A stretch of DNA of 64,000 nt from Callorhinchus milii. Its lineage: Eukaryota. Of the stretch, positions 26,835 through 41,280 are shown piece by piece. The notes below the pieces were generated by a model that searched no databases, had not been told where the DNA came from, and saw nothing but the letters and a program-made list of their open reading frames with translations. A program made the position numbers and the translations under genes. Positions within the stretch are counted from its first letter, which is position 1. Every line of letters starts with the position of its first letter. The stretch is taken from NCBI RefSeq assembly GCF_018977255.1, contig NW_024704742.1, positions 88,414,001 through 88,478,000 of the forward strand. The letters run 5' to 3'.

Positions 26835-27202
26835 ATAATAATCCTTGCATTTTAATATAGCGCCTTATCATGTCTTTGTGATGTCTCAAAACGCTCCACA
26901 GAATATACATAAAATGAATTGACTGTTTATTTTGCGGGCAAAATGGGCAGCCGATTGCGTACAGCAGTGTCCCACAAACAGTCATAGATTGAGTTACAAA
27001 ATTATTTTAATTTATTTTTAAGGCATTATAGCCCCCAGAAAAGGGATCCACCAATCAACTAACAACCGGGTTCCTATTTACTCCCAGGTAAACAGAGGCG
27101 TGTGGAGCAAGGAAACATGCCCAACATTTCGCTCTACCGGGAATCGAACCCAGGTGTCTCGTTTGTGAGGCAAGTGCTCTAACCACTGAGCTACAAGTCT
27201 CC
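26835..27202 (-). mobile_element. tRNA-derived SINE, long variant
   Basis: Same head and tail plus an extra ~65-bp block (ctctgtttacctgggagtaaataggaacccggttgttagttgattggtggat). Confidence 0.85.
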
Positions 27203-30200
27203 AATATGATGTGACGATTATTGCTGGTGACACTGCATGACAATTATCACGAGGGATAATCATCACGTCGCACACTGTGTATTTGGCATCTTGTATATCA
27301 TATCATGAATGGTGTACCTGCCCTCTTGTATTCTACATCATATTAATGCAATGCTGCTGAATGTAAGAACTGGAGGTGAAGGTGTAATTGCCTTATCAAC
27401 ATGAGTAGAATTGATCATTCATTTCATGGCTGTTCGTGATCATTGCTGTATCCAAATGGGCTTCTGCATTGGCCCACAAAAACAAAAAGCACTGCACTTC
27501 ACAGCAGTTCTTGGGGCGGAAATGGCCAGCAGGGGTTTCAAGAAGTTGACCGTGAACATTTGCACCAGTCCAGGCGAATCCGTTACAAATCAATACCTTG
27601 CTTCGAGTAGCTGCCGAACGGCAATGTCCATGGCACGGCTATATAATAAGAAATATTCAATCATGTAAGAAAATGGTTGGCCACCACTGACCTATGTCTT
27701 TCCAATCTCAGCTAAAAGCATCCAGTACACCAGAGAAACAAGGAATTGGATAATTTACAGAAGAGTCAGAAGGACTAAGGAAGCCTGTACAGTTATCAAT
27801 TCCTTCCAGAATCAGTACAACAGTACATTCTGTGGTTTTATTTATCTGTTAGCTCTTAGTACTACATCCATTATTTAGTTTCATCCATCTCTGTTTACCT
27901 AGCAGTAAGTAGGAACCCAGTTGTTAGTTAATTAGTGGGGGTAATAATCCGTCCAAAAAAAATGTGGTCACTCATTCCAGGTCTATTGGTGGGATACTGC
28001 TGTGTGCAATTGGCTGCCGTGTTTCGCCCACAAAATATACAGTCAATCCACTTTACAATATATACTGTGAAGCGTTTTGAGACATCGCAACAACATGATA
28101 AGATGTTATATCAAATGCAAGGATTATTATTATCAATTGACTTGACAATTTTTCATGTCCCCTAAATGTCTTTGAGTGCAAAGATGTGGCCCTACAAACC
28201 ATTCTATCCAACGATGGATATGGAGGAGTAGGACAGAGCTATATAATGACGGCTGGTGCTTATAAAATGAAGAGTGCACAAACCCGCCAGAGGCAGTATA
28301 TTCGCTTTAAAATATCTAAATACATTCCAGGTTTCCAAACTAAATTTATCTTAGAATGGAGTCACTTCACCAGCCTCACATCGCTCAGCATTCTTTATGC
28401 CATTGCGAAGTCTGCCATGCATATTGTGAACTGCACTCCAATTACATTCCTGAGCCTGCGGGCTGTGTGATCAGAGTATAAATCCCAGCATCCATAACAA
28501 GGCCTTCTGCAAATCCAAGAGAACTGGAGCAGATCTGTCCAAATACTTCCTGTTGCTAAGATAACCACTTAACAATTGCTGGACCAGCTGGTTACCAGAG
28601 CAATCCAGAGAGGCTTAAAAATGGATAAGATACAAATTGCTACAATATAAAGTTTACATGTGAGAGATAGTTCCTTTGAAATTACAGTATGTGGCAAATG
28701 GTGCCTCCAGAACTTTTATTGCTATTGAGTTCTTTGTTCTATTAATACCTCAATGATACTTTCCTGTGACAGAAACTTGCACAATCCACTCACATGCCTA
28801 CGCACACAAACTTGCTTGCGCGCACAGTCACTCACACAGACACACAAAAATCAGAGCCGATTATTAGTAAGCTCTTTAAAGAAAGTTCCCCAAGAAGAAA
28901 AACAGCAACAGCTCGTTCTGCATTTAGCTGCAATGCACAATAGGAAGGCTCTGTTCCCTCAAGCGAAGCCACGATTTGGGTTTAATTTAAAATGCTCGGT
29001 AGCAAACAGTGAATAAAGGTGAATTAAGTTCTGATTTTAACATGTAAAAGTTTTTTTTTCCTTTGAGGCTATTAACAGAGTTGTCTTTTTTTTACATCAA
29101 CTCTGTATATGTTAATGTTATGTTATCCAGAAGCATTTTGTTCTTACTAACATGCATTCGGAATAGGTTAATATGCAGATCATGCTTTAATTCCACTTCT
29201 TCTCCAATTTGCTAGCAATTTAACAACAGCCCCATCAGATCGGATATGGATATAGAGAAAAAAAAACACATTAAACTAGACATAAAACGTTTAACTTCTT
29301 CCTAATGTCTGGTTTCATTCTTGGCTAGGTTACAGGTTACCAGGAACACTGGACTCACTTAACAAATACAACTTGATGCTGTGATGGGAGGATGGGTATT
29401 CTGGAAGGATGAAATCTAGAGGCAGTGCAGAGGAGAACAACAAGGAGAATTCCTGTTGTTAAAGGAATGAGCGATGGGCTGGGCCATTAGAAAAGTGGAG
29501 CTGCAATTTTTCCGCAGAATCTGCTACAAACAACCACCAGTGCTACAAATAATAATAATAATCCTTGCATTCGATATAGTGCTTTTCATGTCTTCTAGAC
29601 ATCTCAAAGCGCTTCACAGAATATACTGTAAAGCAAATTGACTGTATATTAGTGGGCGAAACTCGGCAGCCAATTGCACACAGCAGTGTCCCACAAACAG
29701 TCGTGGATTGAAGTGAACAATTTACCCCTCTCCACAGGCCCTGCTCCACTATAAACCTATACCCACCTAGTGTGCCAAGCCCCGGGCTTCTGTGCGCTAG
29801 TTGCTCGATTCTGCCACTGTGGGTGGAGCTGCTCCGGGTTTGTGCGCGCAGTGCGAGGAGTGTTGGGATCACGGAAGCAGCACAAGTGAGAAATCAGCTT
29901 CGCTATTGAGTGAACCATGATAGAAATAGCAGCTGCAGGACACTACTGCCGTCTGTTGGCTTGAAACCTGGCCTAAAGCGAACTCCTGTGACAAATTCTC
30001 AGTAAGTTCTGTACTATTCAAATTAACATTTTTAGTATTTTAAACATAACTATATTTTCAGGCAATATATTTCCATAGTGTTAATCTAGGTTGTTTCACA
30101 AAATGCGTCTCTCAATAGCACCAATCAACCCTCCACAATTTTCTGTAAAATTTGTCAAATGCCCCAGAATTTTTGGCAAATATTTCTGCAATTTTGTATT

Positions 30201-30204
30201 GGCC

Positions 30205-30620
30205 CAGGCTATGAATAATAATTAGACAAGTTAGGCCTCTTCGGTCTTGAGTCCCCTCTGAGTTGTCTTGCGAGAAAACAATTCAGGGAGAACCTCATAG
30301 AGGTGTAAAAAATTGAAATAGGATTGAAAAAGTAAACCCATATCAATACATAAAAATGTATCACGACAGCAGAATAAGACAACATAGGTTTAGAGTTGTA
30401 CAGGGCAATTTTAGGACAGATACCAGGAAGTTTTTCTTTATTAAGAGTGTAATCAATGACTGGAGTAGATTGCCAGGAAAGGTAATTATGGCCAGAACAA
30501 TGAACTCATTTAAAAAGCAGCTTGATGAGGGGACGGTAGGGTCGATGTTCTCTAAAGGGATGAGATTGGATGGGCCGAAGGGCCTTCTTCATCCGAAACC
30601 GGTTCTCTTGTGATCTTGTG
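30205..30620 (+). mobile_element. CR1 3' fragment
   Basis: RQHRFRV...RKFFF..SVINDWSRLP...SFKKQLD and a gatgggccgaagggcct 3' UTR motif. Confidence 0.75.
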
Positions 30621-31974
30621 AACATTTGCAGAATTCTCACATAAACAAACACTTCCAGCAGAGTCTGGTATTTGTGCTCATGGAGCAAATGTCAGAAACC
30701 AATCAATATATGCGCACACCAGGGCAGGATATAATATCTCTGGCAGGGAAATCATTAGAATATTGGTAAATTAATAAACTAGTTTCTGAAAGCTAACCTA
30801 TCATAGTTTGGATAAGCGATGTTGTTTATGATGGCAACGACATTCAAAATCAGACACATGAAAATACTTTAAATAGGAAACAATATGGTTTTGTTGATAG
30901 TTTTGTGCTGATCTGGAAGTTGCCTTTTCCTTTCTCTTTCCACTCCTTTCCTTTTTATTCTGTGTGAAGGACGCTATGTAAATGCAAGTTGTTGCTGTTG
31001 TTGTTTCTCCAACTCTGTTTTTGTTCATCTCCTGTGTCCAGCTCCACTGGGTGCCAGCAGTTATCTGCTCCCTCACCCCGATGTTTTAAATGTTCATCGG
31101 ATGAACAAAACACAAACCGTTGGTGAAAATAAGTGGCTCTGGCCTCTGCTCTATTGTTTTCCTGCCAATGCTCAGCAACGTTTGGACGACATTCAACGGT
31201 TCAAACACTTACTGGCATAGACACAGACCATATTCAGCTATTAAAGCATCATGGACATGTTTACACATTCAGGCACTGAAAAGCCTTTGGGACAACTGTT
31301 TTCCTGTTGTTATGTTCCTCTCCCACCTCCACCTCCACGCTGCAGTCCACTTTTAGATGCGAAAAGAATTAAGTCAGATATTGACAAGTCACATTTTTAA
31401 TGTAATCCAGTCAATCATCAATCTTTCCCCTTTTCAATGTTTGTCAAACGCCCTGTAATGTCCGGAGGCTTTTGAACCAATAAACTGTCCCATCTCCATC
31501 CCTGTCCCCCTCCCACATACACACTTTCCAGATTGATGATGGTGGAAGAAAGAACTAAGGTAAGAAACAGATCTTAAAATTACAATAACTTGCATTTACA
31601 TAGCGCCCTTCACAAGGGGTAGTGACTCAGAACTCTTTAAGTTAGAAATAGTTAGCGGGGAAATAAAAGTATCAAGAGAGAAGTAAAAGAGGTAAAATTG
31701 TCAGGATCTAGAAGGTAAAAAGTTACATTTAAAAAAAGGACAAAGAGGAAAGAGACACAGACAGAAAAAAATTGTAAGCAACTGGTATGGGGAGAAATTC
31801 AACCTGAGTCTAGATTTACTCTATTTATGTAGCATTTTGGCAAATTGATGAGTTCAGTCTTATCTTTGAAGAAAGTTCTGTGCAAGAATATGCTGCGAAC
31901 CTATCGAAATGAAAGATGTATTTAAGGATATCCCAAACTCTACAGGCTCTGAAATGCAACATAAATTGAGTGTA

Positions 31975-32262
31975 ATCTTAAAATTAGAGCTTGGCCATTT
32001 TGGAGTGAAATCAGGAAGCATTTTCTCATGCAGAGGGTAGTGGAAATCTGGAACTCTCACCCCTAAAAGGCTGTGGATGCTGGATACATTCAAAATTTCA
32101 AGACTGAGGTGGATAGATATTTGTTAGGCAAGGGTATCAAGGGATATGGGGCAAAAATATGTATTTGGAGTTGAGGTTCAGATTAGTCATGATCTTATAG
32201 AATGGAGGAACAGGCTCGAGGGGCTGAATGGCCTACTCCTGTTCTTATATTTGTGTGTTCCT
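31975..32262 (+). mobile_element. CR1 3' fragment
   Basis: aggaagcattttctcatgcagagggtagtggaaatctggaactc...gggctgaatggcctactcctgttc. Confidence 0.78.
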
Positions 32263-34976
32263 ATTAGTTCTTTTACACCCAAGTGGCATTTCACCCCGGT
32301 AATAACATTTGAAATACTTCTTTGAAAATTGTGCGTTTGCATATTTTTAGTGAGGTGACATTAATATTTCACAACAAATCTATTTTAACATCGTGAGTAG
32401 CTTCATTACTAAATATAAGTCGCGTTTTCAGTATAGAATGACCAGGCCACAGAAATGGAGTCTCCATAGACTTCCCTGGCAGTATAAGGGTTAATAGGCT
32501 ATATTGGAGTTTTGGACCAGCGAAAGAGCTTGTACTTCAGGACATTTGCAGAGGGTGGAACAATAAAAATGTGTGGCTGATTACTATTATTAGTGCTTCA
32601 AAAGTTTATTTCATATAATTTCTACTGCTACAAACTTTTTTTTCAAATTGAAGGTTTTGATTATAGTGATCATAAAGTACCAGAGGGAACACGTGATTTC
32701 TAATTAAAGCCAAATCCTGGTACAAGAGCATTTGTAAGGAAGTATACAATGTTTGCCCGAAACATATACAGTGACTGCACTTCACGGTAACAATCCTGTG
32801 AAGTGCTTTGAGATGTTCAGTCGACTTGATAAAGTGTATATCAAATCCAATATTAATTCCTGCATTTGGTATGGCACCTTTCACGTCAGGAGAATGTCTC
32901 AAAGCACTTCACAGGATATGCTGCATTTGTCAGCAAATGTGGCAGCCAGTTTGTCCAGAATAAGATCCCTCCAAAAGCCATGAAGTGAGCGAACAATTTT
33001 ATCTAGGGAATTGTTGGAGTGGAAATTGGGAGAAAAAACTCCCTTCTCTTTTTGAATAGTGCCATGGGATTTTTAACATCCACCTTAAAAGGCAGACGGG
33101 AACTTGGTTTATCGTCTCATACAAAGAATGCAAGGATTATTAGTACTAGTGGTTAATGGCCGCAGTGTGCCAAAGTCCAGAATATGTAATTGAAAAGTGG
33201 ACGCATTTACAAGTATTTATATCTTGTTATCTTGTTATTTGTTTCAGAATCTTTCTCTTCAACATTTCATTTTTTTCTCTACCTATAGCCCCCCCACCTC
33301 TCCTCCTCCTCTTGATCAAGATATAAAGCAGTAGTTTTGGGGAGATTCTTTTCCTCCCTGATTTCAACTGTTACACTGATCAACAGTTTTATTCTGCAAC
33401 ACTAAACATCATTAAAAAATACCAACACTGTTGATTATGGTGTAGGGAATGCATTCCAAATGGAAAGAGTTTACTCATGTATTGCAGCTTTTGTTTCACG
33501 CTGAGCTGTACTGCTCACCAGGCTCGCAAGGAGTTCCTGGTACCTGCCATCCACCTAGTGAGGACTCAAACCTTCTCTTCTTGGATAGCGAATGAATAAC
33601 TGGTCACTAACTTTAATGGTGGATGGAGATAAACTGGGCCTCTTTGCTTATGATCTGGCTCCAAAGTGATCTGCTTGACAATGGAATATTGTAATTCAGT
33701 GGCAATCTTGGTAATCCAGTTCCTGAGCTAGGTAGGTCCACAAGGCACTGCTGATGACAGACCAGCCAGCCTGGCTCATCGGTAGGACCTGGAGGGGCAG
33801 ATCAGTCAATAGGGGCAGGGATTCTTCCCACTCAGCATCTGGTTATCCTGTTAGCCACAGGTAAGATGGTCCTAGCTAAATAAGTACTGAGAAGCTTGCA
33901 GGACATGTTGACAATAGAAAGCTGCGTGAATAAACTCCAACAGTATCCCACTCTGGGTTCCCCAAGTTTTGCCTCTTGCCAACCTGTACCTGATACTCAC
34001 CAGAATTACGTAAACTGGGTACATCCCCCTGAGAAGCAAGTGTGCATTCCATTTCAGACACAAGAAAATAATAATAATAATCCTTGTATTTGAAATAGCG
34101 CCTTATCACATCGTTGAAACAACTCAAAGCACTTCACGGAATGTACTGTCATGAATTGACTGTATATTTTGTGGGCGAAATGCAACAGCCAATTGTGCAC
34201 AGAAATGTCCCCAAAATAATCGTGGATTGAGTGACTAGTTTATTATGTTTTTTGAAGGAATTATAACCCCTACCAATTGACTAACAACTGGGTTTCTACT
34301 TACTGCTAGGTAAATAGAGGAGTGCCTAAGGTTCCGCCCATCCCGGGACTCCACTTTCTAGGCATAGATGGCATACATATCTGTAACTGTCAGTTGTTTG
34401 CTTTAAGGCAAGTATCAAACACCCTGAAAAAATTTGCCTTAATGCCAAGAAAGCTCATTCCGACTCATTATAATAATGAAGAATGCCATCCTCAGGAGAG
34501 GTGAAAGCTTTAAAGAGCCTGAGGCCCCAAATTTCTCATGGTCTTAGCCTTAAGCCCATCATTTTAAAAGGCTGGATAAGGCAGAAATTGGGAAAATTCT
34601 TAAATTCATTCTTAAGTTAGAAGGCACTTGCCCCAGAGTTCGTTTAGGACCTCTGAGGTGGACAATTATTTAATTCATCTGGAAAAATTAGGATTTTCAG
34701 ACACCTTTCATGTCGGGAGGACATCTCAAAGCACCTCACACTGCAGGGAGTGCGATCTGAAGAGGGTGAGGAATGGAAAAGATGACTGAAATCATGGTCA
34801 AGAAGGGTTTCTCAAGGAGGCTTTGAATGGGGGGAGGGGTGGAATGAGTTAGAGAGGCTCCCAGATGAATTTCCCGAGCGTAGGGGCAGAATGGGATTAT
34901 GTCTGTTTCGGTGACAAATAATGGTTTTATCAAAAACATTTTGGAAAATCCAGTATGCAAAAAGAACTTTATCTTG

Positions 34977-35135
34977 GTGTGTGTGGGTGTGTGTGGGTGG
35001 TGTTGGTGTGAGTGTGTGCGGGAGTGTGTGGGCGTGTGTGGGTGTGCGTGGGTGTGCGTGGGTGTGCGTGGGTGTGTGTGTGTGTGGATGTGTGCAGGTG
35101 TGTGCGGGTGTGTGTGGGTTTACGCGCGCGTTTGT
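34977..35135. repeat. (GT)/(GTGC)-rich microsatellite
   Basis: Directly visible. Confidence 0.9.
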
Positions 35136-36629
35136 GCATTCCCGTTTTTTGACAATCCCAAATAAAGCCCTCAATGGGGGACTCGTGCAGTCAAAGAGGA
35201 TCAGATTGTTCTTTTTCCTGACAATCATTCAGTCAGTGCTGCTGTTGAGGACCTGATAGTGTTCACTTCCACACACGATAAATGTCTTTTTATTAAAATT
35301 TTATCTAAACCACTAAATTTAGCATCCACTTTTTTTTCCTTGTAGTGAACCTGACTTTCAGTTTGCTCTCCACTGCTTCTTTGCCCCTCTGTTGCCCCAC
35401 TACCCCTCCCCACATTGCCCCACTCCCTCTCCGTCACCCCTCTCCCCACCATTGTCCCTCCTCCCGCACTCTCACCCACCTCCCACCCGCTTTATTAAAA
35501 CAAAATTTGAAGTCCACATAATTTCAAAAAACTAAAAAAAATTGAAACAGAAAAATAGCAAAATTAAATGGCTGCAAAAAAAAAGTAATCCTTATAGTCC
35601 TTGTATTTCATATCCAGCCTTTCACGATTCGGGGAATGTCTCAAAGCACTTCACAGGATTCACTGTAAAGTGTAATCACTGAGTATTTTTTCAGACAAAA
35701 AATATTGCTTGCGCAGTAGTTAGGATGGTAATCTATGTACTTTAAGTAGAAAAGGAACAAATAAACTATTTGTTAAGAGGTCAATACATTATCGTAATTT
35801 CCCCACCCAAACAGCTTCCAAATGCCTCCACCTCATCCTTCCCAGAAACAAATACGTTCAATTTAAACATTTTGTAGCTTTAAAAGAAAGGAATCAACTC
35901 ACTTTATCACCATCTGTAAATAAAGCCATGCTGAGTTGCTGGAATGAGCTGTTGGTTGTTATTCGGGTTAAATGAAGTCATTCTTAGCAAATAATCACAA
36001 GCCTAATCTATCCCATTAGCTGAGCTGCCTGTTCCTATATTGCAATGTTCTACATCACTAAATCCCATGATCAATGCAATAAAATTCTGTTTATTAAAAA
36101 ATTATTTGTATTAATGCCCAAAAAATTGCACCCCCAACCCAATTTTTTTTCTCTGTCTCAGCCAGTAATGACCTCATTCAGTCACTGAAACTAAATCTGG
36201 AAACGTTTTCCACTGTGTTTTAGGTTCCGTTCCCCCCACTCCCGGAAAAAATATTTTAATAAGTTGGGTGCAGAAACCTAAGAATGTTCTTCTTCAAATT
36301 TAACTTCAGCTTGGAACCTGCAACCTGAACATGAAATTGAATGCACTTAACAACAGGATTGTATATGGTTCGAATAATGAAAAACAGAAATCTCGGATAA
36401 CTTGACACCAGGTTCCGTTAAATAGAGTCCTGTTCACAGGAGGAAACAATGGGATTAGAGAATCTGATCGCGTGGATGTTGAGGCGATGAAGAAAGGGTG
36501 TTAAGGAAACACAGTTGTTTTTCCAAGGAATTTTCAGGCAGGTTTCTACTTGAATCCCAATTCCAGGCAATCTCTTGCCTTTGGTTGATTTGGCGGAAGT
36601 CAATGGGAGACCCCTCTGTGCATGTGTAA

Positions 36630-37190
36630 GATTTTAAGTGACAGCCTAAATTAGTCAATAGCAATCCAGCCTCTGAGTCAGAAGACTGTAGGTTCAAGTC
36701 TTACGTCAAGATGCTGTCTAGGCTGACATTCCAACACAATGATAATAATATTTTTCTTGCATTTGATACAAAGCCTTATCACGTCTTCGAGACATCTCAA
36801 AGCACTTCACAGCATATACCGTAAAGTGAATTGATTGTATATTTTCTGGGCGCAACGCAAATGATAAGTGACGCTGCATTGTTAGAAGTATTATCCTTCA
36901 GATGAGATGTTAAAGCAGGATCCTGTGTGTCTGCTCAGGTGGATATTGAAGATCCCGTGGCATTATTTGAAAAGAGGAGGGAATTTTTCCTTTTGTCCCA
37001 GCCAACGATCCCTCAAATAAAATTGGTCATTCATTTCACGGTTGTTTATGGGACATTGCTATATGTAAATTGAATTCCGCATCCGTTCACAAAATACACA
37101 ATCACTACATTTTAATAATTTTATTCTTATTTACATTTTATTTAGTATATCCTATGAAGAACCATGAGATGTATTCCTGATGTGAAAGCG
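36630..37190 (+). mobile_element. Deu-domain SINE interrupted by an antisense SINE tail (36745-36860)
   Basis: Head and body are collinear around the inserted tail. Confidence 0.72.
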
Positions 37191-37684
37191 CTCTGGGATG
37201 CTACCTTATTCGAAGGGCGCTACATAAATTCAATTTATTGTTGTTGTTGAAAGGCGCTTCAGCAAATTCATCAAATTTGTTGAATTCGCGCAAATCGGAG
37301 CTCAATATTAAATTGTATGTCATGGTGAGAGTGGATTTCTTGCTCCTGGTTTCACGTTCAGCCTTACTTTCATTATCTCGCTGTCTTTGGGCGTGAAATC
37401 ATGAAAGTAACAGGAGAAAGAAACTAAAAATGAAAAACACAGACATTCACGGAATACTAAACTACTTAGAGGAAGAAGACATTTGAAAACCCAGTTAACC
37501 CAGGAGCTAACAGAGCTGAGGATTAACAAAATGGAAGTATGCCAGACAACTCAAACTAAAATGATATCATTCTACATGACTAAGTGCAGTGACACAGTTT
37601 TATTTGACTCCTTCAGGCCTGTAAATACAAGGCTTTGTTACCTAGTTACTTGGGAACACTAACAGGCAGTCAGTAGTATACCTT

Positions 37685-38012
37685 GTGTCAGTCTGGCTCA
37701 CTTGGTAGCACTCTTGCCTCTGAGTCAGAAGATTGTGGGTTCAAACCCACATTGGGACTTTTAACTCATATAGTCCAGGTTGACACTTCAATGCAGTGCT
37801 AGGGGTGTGCCTAAATAAAAAAAAATTATGTCCCCCCAAATAAAATTGGTCATTCACTTCAGGACTGTTTTGTCTGACTTTGCTGTGTTCAAATTGGCTG
37901 CTGCATTTGCCTACAAATACACAGTCATTACACTTTACAGTATAGCCTGTGAAGTGCCTTGAGATTCTTCCTGACATGAAAAACATTCACATCAAATGCT
38001 AGAATTATTATT
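37685..38012 (+). mobile_element. Deu-domain SINE with internal deletion
   Basis: Head ctggctcacttggtagcactcttgcctctgagtcagaa, then 3' body and tail. Confidence 0.75.
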
Positions 38013-38244
38013 GTTACTATATTCTTAAAGATAAATGATGACATAGCACCAATAAGTATCAGATGGAGTTTATCAAAGGATCAATCCAGATCAGGACCTG
38101 AGCCTCTGTGGGTGAAGGGCAAAAGAATCCGAATTTTGGATTATAACACCAAATAATTCTTGGACACGTTTTTAATTTCAACAAACTCTGTTCGTCTTAA
38201 TTTCTACCAACAAGTTCACTGATCCAAAGAATAAGGTATAATGT

Positions 38245-38555
38245 GGAATCCTGTAGCTCAGTGGTTAGCTTCAGTCTTGCAAGCGAGACACCTGGGTTCA
38301 ATTCCAGGCAGGGTGAAACCTAAGGCAAGTTTCCTCATTCCACACGCCTAATAATAATCCCTCCAAAACAAAACAATAATAAATTGGTAATTTTCAATCC
38401 ACGACTGTTTGTGGGACACTGCTGTGCGCAATTGGCTGCCACGTTTCGCCCACAAATATACAGTCAATTCACTTTACAGCATAATCTGTGAAGCGCTTTG
38501 AGACATCTAGAAGACGTGAACAACGCTATATCAAATGCAAGGATTATTATTATTA
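38245..38555 (+). mobile_element. tRNA(Ala)-derived SINE, short variant
   Basis: Same head, body and (ATT)n tail as 13288-13614. Confidence 0.88.
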
Positions 38556-40085
38556 CTAAGGTAGAATGTTGTTTTAAGCAATTTGTAAGATACATCACCT
38601 CACCTCAGCAACAAAATTACTCACGATGGAGTCAGCCAGCAAGGGACAAAGTTGTGGAGATGACACTCTTGTAGTCAATGTGTGGCGTGGAAGGGAAAAT
38701 ATAGCAGTTCAATAACAAGGAATTCATCCCACTGATTAGTTATTGCAAACAGAATCTATCACAACAACATTGCCACAACACTTATACAACATTTTTGCAT
38801 AGGATAAGATCTCAAACGTTTTAGAGTTGGACTCAAGCTAGGTGAGAGATGGTGGAGAGAGTTAAGAGGGAGATGACGAAAGTCTGACGAGTCAAAGAAG
38901 TAGAGAATTTTGTAAGGTTCTTGTACACAAAGGGGAGGATGTGGGTCAGAGGATTTGGGAGAGTGTATTCAGAGAACAGGGGCAAAGTGGCTGAAAGAGT
39001 ATCTGGAACTGTTACAATAAAGCCCATCACCTTAATAAATCGATCATTATCACAGTTTTAGAACTTCCCACTTCTACAGTTTACTGTAACTGACAATGTC
39101 AAATTTATAGAGCACATTGCCCTCCAGATTAACAGTCTTTATAGTGGAGAGCAGATCAGAGCTAATAGGAACAACCAAGTATGGATAATGTTTTCAAGGC
39201 CAATCTCATTCAAGGCTTCGCAACGCCGTTTAGGGACTAATCTGTTAGTATAGCAAAAAAATGCTATTCAATAATGTTTTATTGTTCCTATTTACATTCT
39301 CCTACTTAGCTTTTATTCTGGGGTAATACCCATTAGTACGACCAGCTATGAAGGGTTAAGGCACTGGCACAGATTCACTTTCACCTAATGGTGTACAATA
39401 ATTTTGCTTGTATGACAATGAATGTAGTCAAAAATCACACAACTGCAATTGCATTGATGGAATGACTGAAGCCTGAAGGACTACATAAAATGTGCAAAGT
39501 TTATATTTTGGATGCTTGCAGTTTTGGCACTATCCTAATACTGTACACATAGTAAGTGTGTGCTTTGAATTGCTAAGTTTAAGACTGGGGATGGCAATTA
39601 GTTTAAGCACATGTGCACAGCAAAATAGAAAATGTGGTAATGAGAAAACGATTAGGAGTTAAGAAACAGACAGCAGAAACTGGATTGCTGTTCCGATTTT
39701 TTGATGTGGAAGCTTGCTTCCAAAGCAATCTCACAACAACACCGTGCATTTATATAGCGCCCTTCACGCGGGGCAGCGTCTTGGAACACTTGCAAAGGAA
39801 CTACGATTTGACTTGAGGAGAATGTTTTTTTTAAGGACTGGCAGATGGGTATTCATTTTGGGATACACTTTAAAAATCTGTGTTTCGTGCATTAAGTCTA
39901 CAGAAATTTATTGTTCACATTATTATTGCCTTATTATTGAATTATTTCAACATCCTGAGATACATAGAAATATAAAAAATACAGCAAAGGCCTCAATTTG
40001 GCCCATTCAGCCCACTGGTGCTAACTCATCCACTGGAGTTAACTATTCAAATCCTACATTTGTTGATGCGGTTTTAATGTGGTGG

Positions 40086-40550
40086 TAATAATAATCCTTG
40101 CATTTGATGTGCCGCTTTATCACATCTTTGAGACGTCACAAAGCGCTTCAAAGAACATGCTGTAAAGTGAATTGATTGGATATTTTATGGATGAAAACAG
40201 ATAACAGTATTTACATCAACGAATTGCTACATGCTGCTGAAATTCCGTCGAGCTTCAGCCTGCGAGTCTATTTTGCCCTAAAATTTAAGAAGGTAATAAT
40301 AATAATAATCCTTGCATTTGATATAACGCTTTTCACGTCTTCTAGACATCTCAAAACGCTTCACAGAATAAACTGTAAAGTGAATTGACTGTATATTTGT
40401 GGGCGAAATGCGGCAGCCAAATTGTCCCACAAACAGTCGTGAATTGAAGTGACCAATTTATTATTGTTTTTTTTCTTGAGGGATTATTATTAGGCGTGTG
40501 GAGTAAGGAATCTTGTCTAAGGTTTTGCCCTGCTGGGAATCAAACCCAGG
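40086..40550 (-). mobile_element. Composite double-tailed SINE, copy 1
   Basis: SINE body and tail, then a ~100-bp unique spacer (40196-40294), then a second tail. Confidence 0.85.
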
Positions 40551-41019
40551 GTACATTACTATGGGAGAATTCTTAATTTCAGCCGATTTTCTGCAATTTT
40601 TCTAAAGAGCCTGCCTCCAAATTGAAACTGAATTTAAGAATTTTCCACAATTCAGCACAATCTTAACATTTTAAAGACAAAGTTATCTTGCAGGTTAAGA
40701 CCAGGAGAAATTTCAGTCCTCGGCAGATTTGCTTCATGCATATCAAACACTCCTTCAAAAAGATCAGTGCTGCCAATGGTAATAAACATTTAAATGGAAG
40801 GCAGCAGATCTTATTTTTAAGTTGTGTAACTAATGGTTGGAGACTTTTGTGGCAAAAGACATCTTTTGTTCTGGAAATGGTAATTGGCTGGCAGTAGATA
40901 CCAGTGAAATTCTACCAGAAAGCTGTCCTATAAACAAAAGTGTTAAGCTTATTCTGTAAAACCGAAGGAAGCAGAGCAAACAAGGAATAATTTAAAACTC
41001 ACTACTGCAAGCAGGAGAT

Positions 41020-41280
41020 GCAGGTATAAGATGGAGACTAAGGATCTAAACAGAGAATTTAAGAGCAACAACTTCACCCAGAGGATAGTGAGAATGCGAA
41101 ACTCACTGCCTGAAGCGGTGGAATATCAGTATAGATGCATTTAAGAGGAACCTAAATATACTCGTGAGGGAGACGGGAATAGAAGGCTATGGGAGGGAGT
41201 AAGGAATGGGAGTTTTAATCACTGGCACTGGTTGGACCAAATAGCCCATTGCTGGGGTGTACAGTCTATGTAAATCTATG
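41020..41280 (+). mobile_element. CR1 3' fragment
   Basis: ttcacccagaggatagtgagaatgcgaaactcactgcc...ttggaccaaatagccc. Confidence 0.68.

Noticed and set aside
29944..29961. CTCF site (gccaacagacggcagt on the minus strand)
   Set aside because: Two mismatches in the core consensus; not supportable from sequence alone.
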